A stretch of DNA of 64,000 nucleotides from positions 1-64,000 of the IMG/VR virus record IMGVR_UViG_3300021976_000010. The stretch is one strand, 5' to 3'. Below are positions 56,197 to 64,000 of the stretch, piece by piece. The notes below the pieces were generated by a model that had not been told where the DNA came from, did not search any database, and saw nothing but the letters and a program-made list of their open reading frames with translations. The DNA is from a virus. The translations under genes and the position numbers were made by a program. Every line of letters starts with the position of its first letter. Positions within the stretch are counted from its first letter, which is position 1.

Positions 56197-57265
56197 AGTC
56201 GAAGACGTGAACGAGGCGTACTGGCGAGGTATGAACATACTGCGCACGGATGGTATCGACGAGGACAGCCGCAACGGGCCGGTTCGCGTTATGCCTGAGC
56301 CGGTGACCACGGTGTACCGCAAGCCGCGTCAGCGCGTGCTTTTCGACATGAAGCGTGCGGCCAATCCGTTCTTCCACCTGTTCGAGTCGCTGTGGATGCT
56401 GGCCGGTCGTGACGACGTGGGAGCGTTGAACCGCTACATCACCGACTTCGGCACGCGCTTCGCCGAGTCCGACGGCACTGTTCACGGCGCATACGGGCAC
56501 CGCTGGCGCAAGGCGTTCGGCTTCGACCAGCTCGACGCCATCGTCGCGCGGTTGCGCGCCAATCCGCGAGACCGGCAATGTGTTCTGCAGATGTGGGACG
56601 CGCGGATGGAGGACGGTTCTGACGCTGGGACTGACTACTTTGGTGAGAACGATCTGCTCGGCGTCTGGAAGGACAGGCCGTGCAATACGCAGGTCTACTT
56701 CCGCGTTCGCGAGAATGCACCGGAGGAGAAATGGGCGGCGGGCGGCGCAGTGCCAGAGCCAGTACTCGACATGATGGTCACGTGTCGCAGCAACGACATT
56801 GTCTACGGTGCATACGGCGCGAACGCGGTGCACTTCAGTATCCTTCAGGAGTACATGGCAGGTCGCATCGGCGTGCGCGTCGGGAACATGGAACAGGTCT
56901 CGTTCAACTACCATGCCTATCACGACGTTCTCGCGCGCGTGGGGTGCCCCGCGTATCTCGAGACCTACACCGGGCATAAGCTGAAGGCGCTCCCGATCGG
57001 GAACGCCTGGGAAGCGTGGGACGCTGATCTCATGTATTTCATGTCGTGGCACAAGACCATGACCGAGACCGGCGTCACCGAGGCTGGCACATATATCAAC
57101 AAGTGGTTCAAGTTCACAGCTGAGCCGCTGTTCATTGCTCACTACAAGTGGAAGAGCGCCATGCACAAGGAGGCGAAGACAATGGCGCAGCTCATCGAGT
57201 CCGAAGACTGGCGCTTCGCGGCGCTCATGTGGTTCGAGACTCGTACGAATGCGAGGAGCCGATGA
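56183..57265 (+). CDS. thymidylate synthase homolog, probable dUMP hydroxymethylase
   Basis: SRNG, ANPFFH..E..WMLAGR, GAYG.RWR, KD.PCN, RSND..YG..GAN.VHF (Asn indicates dUMP specificity), H.Y. Confidence 0.85.
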   Translation: MRVIEVEDVNEAYWRGMNILRTDGIDEDSRNGPVRVMPEPVTTVYRKPRQRVLFDMKRAANPFFHLFESLWMLAGRDDVGALNRYITDFGTRFAESDGTVHGAYGHRWRKAFGFDQLDAIVARLRANPRDRQCVLQMWDARMEDGSDAGTDYFGENDLLGVWKDRPCNTQVYFRVRENAPEEKWAAGGAVPEPVLDMMVTCRSNDIVYGAYGANAVHFSILQEYMAGRIGVRVGNMEQVSFNYHAYHDVLARVGCPAYLETYTGHKLKALPIGNAWEAWDADLMYFMSWHKTMTETGVTEAGTYINKWFKFTAEPLFIAHYKWKSAMHKEAKTMAQLIESEDWRFAALMWFETRTNARSR

Positions 57266-57834
57266 ATCTCGCGGAAGACCCACGCGCGGCGGGCGAGATC
57301 CGTCGCTATCACACATGGGCCGTGCACTCCGACCAGACTGTCGGGCTGCACACGTGGCAGATACTGCGCATTCTGCTGACGGTGTGGCCGAACTGCCCTC
57401 GCAACGTGATAGTGTACGGCATCATTCACGACGCCGGTGAGATGAGTGGTGACATTCAGTATCCATTCAAGATCCTGTTTCCTGAACTGCGAGCCGGCGC
57501 CGACAAGGCCGAGAATCACGTCCGCGACATGCAGAGAAAGGGCATCGGCGCACCACCAGAACCACACCCGCTGTCAGTCTTCGAGAAAGCGGTGTTCAAG
57601 TGCTGTGATAACCTCGACATGTGGGAATATGGCCTGCGCGAAATGAACATGGGCAACCTGTACGCCGGTATCATCGTCGAGCGAATGGCGGCGGCGGTTG
57701 CCGAGAACGTGTCGTCGATCAGCGGCATGTTCAACTCTAACAATCGTCAGGCCCTCCAGAATCCTGACGTCAACGCGAACATCCACAAGTACATGCAAAC
57801 CCGTTTGAAAATGGAGACTATCGATGGCAAGTGA
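57262..57834 (+). CDS. HD-domain 5'-deoxynucleotidase (YfbR-like)
   Basis: RYHT...Q.V..H, HD..E..GD...P.K, K..D.L. Confidence 0.85.
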   Translation: MNLAEDPRAAGEIRRYHTWAVHSDQTVGLHTWQILRILLTVWPNCPRNVIVYGIIHDAGEMSGDIQYPFKILFPELRAGADKAENHVRDMQRKGIGAPPEPHPLSVFEKAVFKCCDNLDMWEYGLREMNMGNLYAGIIVERMAAAVAENVSSISGMFNSNNRQALQNPDVNANIHKYMQTRLKMETIDGK

Positions 57835-59257
57835 CGACATGAACCACATGGAACATCTCGAGAGCGTGGCGCTCTCAGACTGTGCAGTGCTGCAATCGAA
57901 GGAGGCGACCTATCAAGGGTCGTGGAAGCGAGCGGGTGGCGTCAGCGCGTGGTTCATGGCACGGCGCAATCTCGATCGGTTGATAACGATGATGGCGCCG
58001 AAACAGTTTCCGGATCATATCACGACGCAGCAGAACGTCATGGATACGCTGAGTGCCGTGGACAACATCGTTCACTACGCTGGTAACGTGCGCGGCCTGC
58101 CCGGTAGCATCGAGGCCACGCGTCAGATCCTCGCGATGCTCGGTGATCGCTTCACTGCCAATGACATCTTCGCCAAGATCAGAGCGAACCCGGGCGGCGA
58201 AGATGGCACCGTGCTCGCCATTGTCCGAGACGCGCGGCGCTACTTCATGCTCGTCGAGGCTGAGATGATCGCCGAGGGCGTCGTAGAGCCCGAGTCCAAG
58301 ACGTACGAGCAAGAGGCCAATGTCTACGTCACACCGGAGACGGACATCTACCAACTCATCGCGGACGAGAAGAGCATACCGCGCGAGGAGGTCAAGCGAC
58401 TCATCCACGAGCTGTTCTACAATACACCGCCGGCTCCCCCGCCTCCTCTTACCACTCCAATCGACGTCACAATTTGCGTTGCGGTGGGTAATGACGGTGA
58501 GCCTGCTCACGAGTACGTGTTTCAGAAATGTACGAGTGTGAGTCTGGACAGTGAACCGGGCAAGCTTCGTGTCTCGATCACACCGCAGCGATCGTTAGGC
58601 GGGGGATACGCAGTGGAACAGGCCGCGCGTCACAAGGAGGGACCGCCGTGGCTCGATAAGATTGGCGGACGGCTACAAATTGGTGACTTGTGCACGTGGA
58701 TGCGGCCTGAGGATGGTGCCACGTTCGTCGTCGAGCTTCACGCTGTGGAAGGGGGCCTGCCCGTGGTGAAGGGTGAGCCAGCGGTGCCAGCAGAGGGGCG
58801 CAGGCTGTCGAGCTGGTCGCAGCTACGCTATGCGGTAGAGAACAAGCGTCGAAGGTTCTTCGCTGACGGTGGTAGTCAGCACTCGTCGATGATACCGTGG
58901 GAGATCCCGGGGTCTTATCACGAGACGATCAAGGCTCGCATCGGCGACGAGATCGATCTGTGGTGGAGGCAGATGACACCCGGCATGTGGCGTCTGTATC
59001 CAGTTGTTCTGACGCGAAGCATACCGCGGGAACTACGGGACATCTTCGAACTTGCGCCTGGAATCAGCAGCACTTGGGTTCTACGTCTCAGCCTTCTACC
59101 GCCCGGCTTGCGTGATGAGTTCCCACGCATACAGGTCGAGATGAATGACAAGGAGTATGATCTGTCGCCATCCGATTTCAAGTTCATGTATCGGCGCGTC
59201 GGTGACAAGTGGGTCGTACGCGACGAGTACCGCGAAGAATGGGGTGTCGAGGCGTGA
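57824..59257 (+). CDS. nucleotide-modification-associated domain 1 (Nmad1, MazG-like) protein with a long C-terminal extension
   Basis: K...Y..SWK..GG..A.....R..DRL...D.RRY..LVEAE in the first ~150 aa. Confidence 0.65.
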   Translation: MASDDMNHMEHLESVALSDCAVLQSKEATYQGSWKRAGGVSAWFMARRNLDRLITMMAPKQFPDHITTQQNVMDTLSAVDNIVHYAGNVRGLPGSIEATRQILAMLGDRFTANDIFAKIRANPGGEDGTVLAIVRDARRYFMLVEAEMIAEGVVEPESKTYEQEANVYVTPETDIYQLIADEKSIPREEVKRLIHELFYNTPPAPPPPLTTPIDVTICVAVGNDGEPAHEYVFQKCTSVSLDSEPGKLRVSITPQRSLGGGYAVEQAARHKEGPPWLDKIGGRLQIGDLCTWMRPEDGATFVVELHAVEGGLPVVKGEPAVPAEGRRLSSWSQLRYAVENKRRRFFADGGSQHSSMIPWEIPGSYHETIKARIGDEIDLWWRQMTPGMWRLYPVVLTRSIPRELRDIFELAPGISSTWVLRLSLLPPGLRDEFPRIQVEMNDKEYDLSPSDFKFMYRRVGDKWVVRDEYREEWGVEA

Positions 59258-59439
59258 CACAGGTCATATTCGCATGGCTCTACTACGGCACGGCGGTCTT
59301 TTTCCTGCTCGTCGTGCCGTACTTCGTCTATGAAAAGAACGGGAGCCAGACAGCGGCCTTGCTCTCGTTCTTTGTTGTTCTTCTGATATCGCTGCAATAC
59401 TATCAAGCACTGAGAAAGTTGATATGGTCAAGTCTGTAA
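59254..59439 (+). CDS. small two-TM protein
   Basis: GTGA coupling; hydrophobic. Confidence 0.55.
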   Translation: MTQVIFAWLYYGTAVFFLLVVPYFVYEKNGSQTAALLSFFVVLLISLQYYQALRKLIWSSL

Positions 59440-61568
59440 AACCGCGGCGACAGGTGATGAACCCGGATCAGATACCACTCATCACACCAGACAGCGCGTG
59501 GACGGTGCCGACGGAGCTCCCGGATCTCAGTCGCATCGACGCCATCGCCATTGACACTGAGGACTACGATCAAGGGCTGCTCGATGGGCGCGGCCCGGGC
59601 TGGGCATTCAAGTCCAAGTCTTCCGGGGGCTACTTGGCAGGCGTGAGCGCGGCGTGGTGGCAGGATGGCGAGGTGCGCAGCATCTATGTTCCCATCAACC
59701 ACCCTGATACCAACTGCATCGATCTATCACGGGCGAAGAAGTGGGTCGCGCATCTACTGAACCGCAAGAAGGGACAGCGAGCTATCTTCTGCAATGCCGA
59801 CTTTGATCTTGGCTGGATCGAGAATTCAATCAGCGGCCTTGGCATCGCACTTCCCGACGGCGAATTCATCGACGATGTCGGTGCGCAGGCCATGCTCATC
59901 GACGAGAATCGCAGGGCCAAGAAGGGGCAGACATCGGCCTATTCCCTCGACGCGATCGCTGAATGGTGCGGCGTCGAGATGAAGGACGAAGTGGCGCTTC
60001 GCGAGGCCGCCGCCGCGTATGGATACAAGGGAAAGGATGTCAAGAGGTTCATCGCGAAGCTGCCCGCGCGCTACGTTGGTCCATACGCGGAACAGGACGC
60101 CCGCTCCACGCTGCTCGCGCACGAAGTAATGGTGCCAATCATCGATGAACAGGAACTCAACGACGCATACGACCTCGAGATGGGGCTCGTGCCAGTAGTA
60201 CACGCCATGCGGAAGCGTGGCATACGTGTCAACGAAGACCGGCTCTGGCAGCTTCACGATAACCTCATGGATCAGCACCAGAAAGCGTGCGACAAGATAT
60301 ACGACATCACGAAGATGCGTGTATCCATTGATGAAATCAGGCAGAAAGACTGGCTCATCAGGGTCTGTGATATGCACGGCATCACCGAGTATATCACTGG
60401 AGAAAACGCGCTCGGTGAGAACGAGACCGAGTTCACCAAGAACTGGATGCGCGCGTCGCAGCATCCGCTGCCCCGGGCAATCGCAGAGGCAAAGCAGTGT
60501 CACGAGGCCGCCACGAAGTTCGTGAAGACCTACCTCATCGACTCTATCGTGGACGGGCGCATCCACGCGAACATCAACCAGTTCAAGACGGAAGACGGCG
60601 GCACCAAGACGCACCGTTTCTCCTATTCCGATCCACCATTGCAGCAGATGCCGAGCCGGCCAGACCCTGTCGAGGGCTGGTTCATCACTGAATTCATCGC
60701 GGCGGCAATCCGCACCGCATTCGAGCCCGAGCCGGGGGAGCTATGGTTCGCCCCCGATTATTCGCAGCAGGAATACAGGCTCATCGTTCACTACGCATAT
60801 CTCATGGAATGTGCCAAGGCCGACGACGCCGTGCGAATGTATCTCGAGGACCCGAACACCGACTTCCACAATCTGGTGGTCGCTCTCACTGGCCTAACGC
60901 GGCGCAGGGCAAAGGACGTGAACTTCGCCAAGGCGTATGGAGCCGGCATTAAGAAGTTTGCGTTGATGACAGGAATGTCACTAGAAGAAGCCGAGAAGGT
61001 GATGGGGCAGTACGATAGGGAAATGCCGTTCGTCAAGGAGCTCAACGATATTTGCGATCGCAGCGCGGCCGAGCGTGGTTACATACGCATGATCGACAAG
61101 GCGCGTTCGCACTTCGACGAATGGGAGCCGCGTTGGTTGGACCGCTCCGAGCGTCAGCGTGGGTACGCCGAGTACTTCGCGATGAACCCGTGTCGCCACG
61201 AAGAAGCGCTCGAACGCTGCGAAACGAAGAATCACCCGTGGTTCAAGAAGGCACTGCGCCGCGCAGATACACGCAAGGCGATGAATCGTCTCATTCAGGG
61301 CAGTGCAGCGAGACAGACGAAGCGCGCGATGCTGTCGTGTTGGCGCGCGGGATATCTCGCGATGCTGCAAATGCACGATGAACTCGCATTCTCTCTGATG
61401 AAAGAGAAAGACGGAAAGATCATCGGTGAAATAATGCGCAACGCTATCAAGATCAGTGTGCCGATGCGCGTCGACGAAGAATATGGCGAGACTTGGGGAA
61501 CGGCAAAATACGCGTTCGCAGACGCGCGCAGGGCGGGCAAGGGTGCCGCGCCCGCGCTGGCGGCCTAG
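59424..61568 (+). CDS. polA: family A DNA polymerase with 3'-5' exonuclease domain
   Basis: IDTE, N..FD, YA..DA; T.RFS...P.LQQ.P, DYSQQE.R, R..AK..NF...YG, IQGSAA..K, HDE. Confidence 0.95.
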   Translation: MVKSVKPRRQVMNPDQIPLITPDSAWTVPTELPDLSRIDAIAIDTEDYDQGLLDGRGPGWAFKSKSSGGYLAGVSAAWWQDGEVRSIYVPINHPDTNCIDLSRAKKWVAHLLNRKKGQRAIFCNADFDLGWIENSISGLGIALPDGEFIDDVGAQAMLIDENRRAKKGQTSAYSLDAIAEWCGVEMKDEVALREAAAAYGYKGKDVKRFIAKLPARYVGPYAEQDARSTLLAHEVMVPIIDEQELNDAYDLEMGLVPVVHAMRKRGIRVNEDRLWQLHDNLMDQHQKACDKIYDITKMRVSIDEIRQKDWLIRVCDMHGITEYITGENALGENETEFTKNWMRASQHPLPRAIAEAKQCHEAATKFVKTYLIDSIVDGRIHANINQFKTEDGGTKTHRFSYSDPPLQQMPSRPDPVEGWFITEFIAAAIRTAFEPEPGELWFAPDYSQQEYRLIVHYAYLMECAKADDAVRMYLEDPNTDFHNLVVALTGLTRRRAKDVNFAKAYGAGIKKFALMTGMSLEEAEKVMGQYDREMPFVKELNDICDRSAAERGYIRMIDKARSHFDEWEPRWLDRSERQRGYAEYFAMNPCRHEEALERCETKNHPWFKKALRRADTRKAMNRLIQGSAARQTKRAMLSCWRAGYLAMLQMHDELAFSLMKEKDGKIIGEIMRNAIKISVPMRVDEEYGETWGTAKYAFADARRAGKGAAPALAA

Positions 61569-61573
61569 CACCT

Positions 61574-61626
61574 GCCCGGGGCCGCCCGGGGCCGCCCGGG
61601 GCCGCCCGGGGCCGCCCGGGGGCCGC
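61574..61626. repeat. tandem 10-mer GCCGCCCGGG, four perfect copies plus partial flanks
   Basis: Perfect units at 61581-61620, immediately after the polA stop. Confidence 0.9.
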
Positions 61627-61776
61627 TCCCAGCTGCCCCGGCACCCCTTGATACCAGTGCGACGACCCTCCGGCGGCCCATATTTGGCCAGCCATGCGTC
61701 CAGCCTCCAGCCTAGTACCCTACAGCCTCCAGTCCACGGACCGGCCCTACGGCCCTCTGGAGGGCTCCATGGACTG

Positions 61777-61837
61777 TTTACTATTTGTTAACCATATTTG
61801 GTTGTAGGCTGCACAAGCGCGCGTGCGCGTATATAGT
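61777..61837 (+). promoter_or_regulatory. CtrA-like binding site upstream of a sigma70-like early promoter
   Basis: TTTA-CTATTTG-TTAACCAT (61777-61795; consensus TTAA-N7-TTAAC); CTGCAC-N17-TATAGT (61809-61837). Confidence 0.6.
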
Positions 61838-62190
61838 GTCCATAGGTTACTCCACCGGCCTTGGTTTGCAGCCCCCTAGTTTTGGGCATGGCCCTAACGG
61901 CAACGCCAGCCGCTAGCCTTGTGGCCCCTAGCGGGCTCCACTCAGACGCGGCTCCGCGCATGTGGCAAGGCAAAACGGTGGCGCGGCGGGTAGAACGGCT
62001 CCCCAACAGTTTATTGCGCAAGCATAACGTTGGCCCCTAGCAAGGGCCACGGCGCATGCAAGGGGCCGCGCTGGTTTCCCGGGTCGTTAGTAGCAAGCCG
62101 CATCCTGTAGGACAGTGGCTTGCCGAAGGCATCACAACATCAAGGCAGCGCCGTCATATACCGCGCTGGCATATTGCAAGTTCACCACGG

Positions 62191-62217
62191 AGCGGCCCGG
62201 TCATACACCGGGCCGCT
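62191..62217 (+). other. perfect 11-bp stem-loop in the early leader
   Basis: AGCGGCCCGGT-CATAC-ACCGGGCCGCT. Confidence 0.75.
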
Positions 62218-62259
62218 TGATGGTGCACTATCGCACCGCGTCGAAGAGGAGTACACGCA

Positions 62260-62544
62260 ATGGCCAAGGCTAAACGCAAACGAAAAATGCTAATTCGAGA
62301 TGAACATCACCAATCTATGAAGAACACCGCAATGAGCTTCAAGCAAATCGACAAGCAAATCGCCGACCTCAGCAAGTCGGTGACGGTCATACGCCGCAAG
62401 CTTGACACGCTGTATCGACGCTATGACAACGATCTCGGCGATGTAGCGGTGCTTGAACACGAAATTTGGCTTTACGAACGCCGCGTTCACAAGATCGTCG
62501 ATCTCGGCATGCGGCTCGGCGACTACGGCAGCGACTTTTCGTAG
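62260..62544 (+). CDS. early hypothetical protein
   Basis: ATG lies within the repeat leader. Confidence 0.75.
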   Translation: MAKAKRKRKMLIRDEHHQSMKNTAMSFKQIDKQIADLSKSVTVIRRKLDTLYRRYDNDLGDVAVLEHEIWLYERRVHKIVDLGMRLGDYGSDFS

Positions 62545-62634
62545 TTCATCGACACTGCGCAGTTCGCTGCGCAGCACGATGCACTCACAGAGGCATCCGA
62601 CGGCAATCACGCCGTTCGTGTAATGGAGAGTACC

Positions 62635-62937
62635 ATGTCTGCTAAGAAAACCGTTGCCAAGTCCGCCGCCCGCACCTCGAAGAAGGTTGCGAAGGTTGCC
62701 AAGAAGGCCGCAGCGAAGAAGGCCGCCGCGACCAATGCTCGTCGCCTGATCACCGATGACTTCGCGATCAAGGTGCTCAGCAAGGTGAACCCCTTCACCG
62801 GCGAAGTGCAGAAGAAACATGCCGCCGCTGTGCTGGCGTCAAAGACGGTTGCCGAAGCCAAGAAGAAGGGTGCCGATTCGTGGACGGTTCGCGAGCTCGT
62901 CAACCGCAAGATCATCAGCGTGGCCAAGGCCGCCTGA
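62635..62937 (+). CDS. histone-H1-like Lys/Ala-rich DNA-binding protein
   Basis: GGAG RBS; AKKTVAKSAA..KKVAKVAKKAAAKKAAA followed by a small globular domain. Confidence 0.7.
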   Translation: MSAKKTVAKSAARTSKKVAKVAKKAAAKKAAATNARRLITDDFAIKVLSKVNPFTGEVQKKHAAAVLASKTVAEAKKKGADSWTVRELVNRKIISVAKAA

Positions 62938-62960
62938 TCACCAAGCGTCTCTATCAACTT

Positions 62961-62994
62961 GGGCGGCCCGCGAATGGGCCGCCCGCGATCTTTC
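62961..62994 (+). terminator. GC stem-loop (possible terminator or processing site)
   Basis: GGGCGGCCC-GCGAAT-GGGCCGCCC; weak T tail. Confidence 0.5.
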
Positions 62995-63020
62995 AACCGC
63001 GTCGAAGAGGAGTACACGCA

Positions 63021-63317
63021 ATGTCTACCAGCTATCCCACACTACAACGCGTTCTCGAGATGATGCTCAATGATCAGGGCATGGATACATCGTCTGTCAC
63101 ATTCGACAGTATCGATTGGACCGATGAGCGTGCACCTAGCAACGATTTCGTGCAGCTCGACCGTGTCGAGGCCGCGCTGGCCACGCTGTCGAACGAAGAA
63201 CTCGAGACCCTCGCCATCGGCGATCAAGAAGACTGGCCCGTCATCATGGTCAAGTTTCCCGATGAAGCTGAAATGGTGCACATCGCCCTCGAGTGCATGT
63301 TCGGGGCAACTGCCTAA
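63021..63317 (+). CDS. acidic early hypothetical protein
   Basis: ATG within the repeat leader; Asp/Glu-rich. Confidence 0.75.
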   Translation: MSTSYPTLQRVLEMMLNDQGMDTSSVTFDSIDWTDERAPSNDFVQLDRVEAALATLSNEELETLAIGDQEDWPVIMVKFPDEAEMVHIALECMFGATA

Positions 63318-63347
63318 TATCAACCGCGTCGAAGAGGAGTACACGCA

Positions 63348-63578
63348 ATGTCTGCATCGCAACACGCCAAGTTCGAGAATGTCAAGGGTTACGCCACCTA
63401 CGAAAACGCAATGAAGCGCGGACAGGCTGTCGCCGACGCGCGCAAGGACATCAGCTATCGCTGGGTCGTCATCGCGCTGCCCAATGGTAGGTTCACACCA
63501 TGCGTCATCTGCAATAACAACGTGCCCGGCGGCCCGGGCAACTTCATCGGTGAAGTCAACGTCTGCATCATCAACTGA
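63348..63578 (+). CDS. early hypothetical protein
   Basis: ATG within the repeat leader; K.YAT.ENA...GRF.P. Confidence 0.75.
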   Translation: MSASQHAKFENVKGYATYENAMKRGQAVADARKDISYRWVVIALPNGRFTPCVICNNNVPGGPGNFIGEVNVCIIN

Positions 63579-63663
63579 GGAGGTAGTTGAGTTTATCCAC
63601 GGTGCGGCCTGCGGGCCGCACAAGGATGCACTCATGCATCAGCCTCGAAGAGGAGTACAGGCA

Positions 63664-63954
63664 ATGTCAAACCGTCAAGAGAATCCGCACCACAAGCAGA
63701 GCGACGGCGCAGGCTTCAACCGTCTACGCGCCGAACAAGAAAAGCGCGTCGAGTTCACGCGTCTGTGTCAGCAGTCGCACCCGTCGTGCGCCATTCACAT
63801 CGATCAGGTGCGTGAATACGCTGGCGTTCAGATCGCGTTCTACCGCGTTGTCAGCACCGGGCAGTTCAAGTTCGAGCATGCCCGTATCGCCGTGTTCAAG
63901 TTCGGCGGTAGCAAGTGGATCAAGGAAACCGATATCATCGCAGCACAAGCCTGA
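63664..63954 (+). CDS. early hypothetical protein
   Basis: ATG within the partial repeat leader. Confidence 0.7.
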   Translation: MSNRQENPHHKQSDGAGFNRLRAEQEKRVEFTRLCQQSHPSCAIHIDQVREYAGVQIAFYRVVSTGQFKFEHARIAVFKFGGSKWIKETDIIAAQA

Positions 63955-63964
63955 GGAGGGCACC

Positions 63965-64000
63965 ATGTCACGGAAAAATTCCACCCGCACCAATGCCGTC
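63965..64000 (+). CDS. 5' end of an early hypothetical protein (partial)
   Basis: GAGGAGG RBS plus ATG; open to the window edge. Confidence 0.55.
   Translation, partial: MSRKNSTRTNAV

Larger units (their letters stand above)
62235..63668 (+). repeat. 28-bp start-associated direct repeat containing RBS and ATG (three perfect copies, one partial)
   Basis: ACCGCGTCGAAGAGGAGTACACGCAATG at 62235, 62996 and 63323; TCGAAGAGGAGTACAGGCAATG at 63645. Confidence 0.9.

Noticed and set aside
56183-57265. dCMP hydroxymethylase (5hmC pathway) or plain ThyA
   Set aside because: Asn at the specificity position (GAN.VHF) points to dUMP, and the co-occurring 5-HMUDK points to hydroxymethylation; a plain thymidylate synthase is not formally excluded
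62235-63668. CRISPR array (28-bp direct repeats)
   Set aside because: The intervals are about 300-730 bp of whole genes, the repeat contains an RBS and ATG, and no cas genes are present
1-64000. tRNA, rRNA, integrase/repressor, introns/inteins, PurZ
   Set aside because: None recognisable by eye; TerL, the helicases and PolA are uninterrupted and of normal length. tRNAscan-SE and Infernal were not run

Overview
This 64 kb window is most of a GC-rich, apparently lytic, long-tailed dsDNA phage genome (siphovirus-like: tail tube and tape measure, no sheath). It starts and ends inside the small early-gene region, and I see no integrase, repressor, tRNA or CRISPR array. Gene order: small early ORFs (+, 1-2772); a leftward block with HNH-like and VRR-NUC-like nucleases and a lipoprotein (3260-6117); a NusG/RfaH-like antiterminator followed by one long late operon for packaging, head, tail and lysis (6577-38521); a leftward SNF2 helicase; a rightward replication and nucleotide-modification operon with SSB, AEP primase, UvrD helicase, exonuclease and PolA (40778-61568); a ~690 bp non-coding control region; and early genes sharing a repeated leader. 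The layout resembles YuA/M6-type 5-hydroxymethyluracil (5hmdU) phages. A CtrA-like box and the protein families suggest an alphaproteobacterial host (inference). Main highlights: (1) a thymidine-hypermodification locus pairing dUMP hydroxymethylase and 5hmdU DNA kinase with three glycosyltransferases and a radical SAM/SPASM enzyme instead of the amino-acid:DNA transferase/PLP enzymes; (2) strong depletion of TC/GA dinucleotides in regulatory DNA, which may reveal the modified context; (3) a five-gene ATP-grasp/methyltransferase/three-glycosyltransferase cassette inside the head module, a candidate virion glycosylation system; (4) a portal protein fused to an Acb1-like anti-CBASS 2H phosphodiesterase; (5) DnaA-box-like and CtrA-like sites next to promoters. 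All functional calls come from motif recognition by eye; no searches were run.
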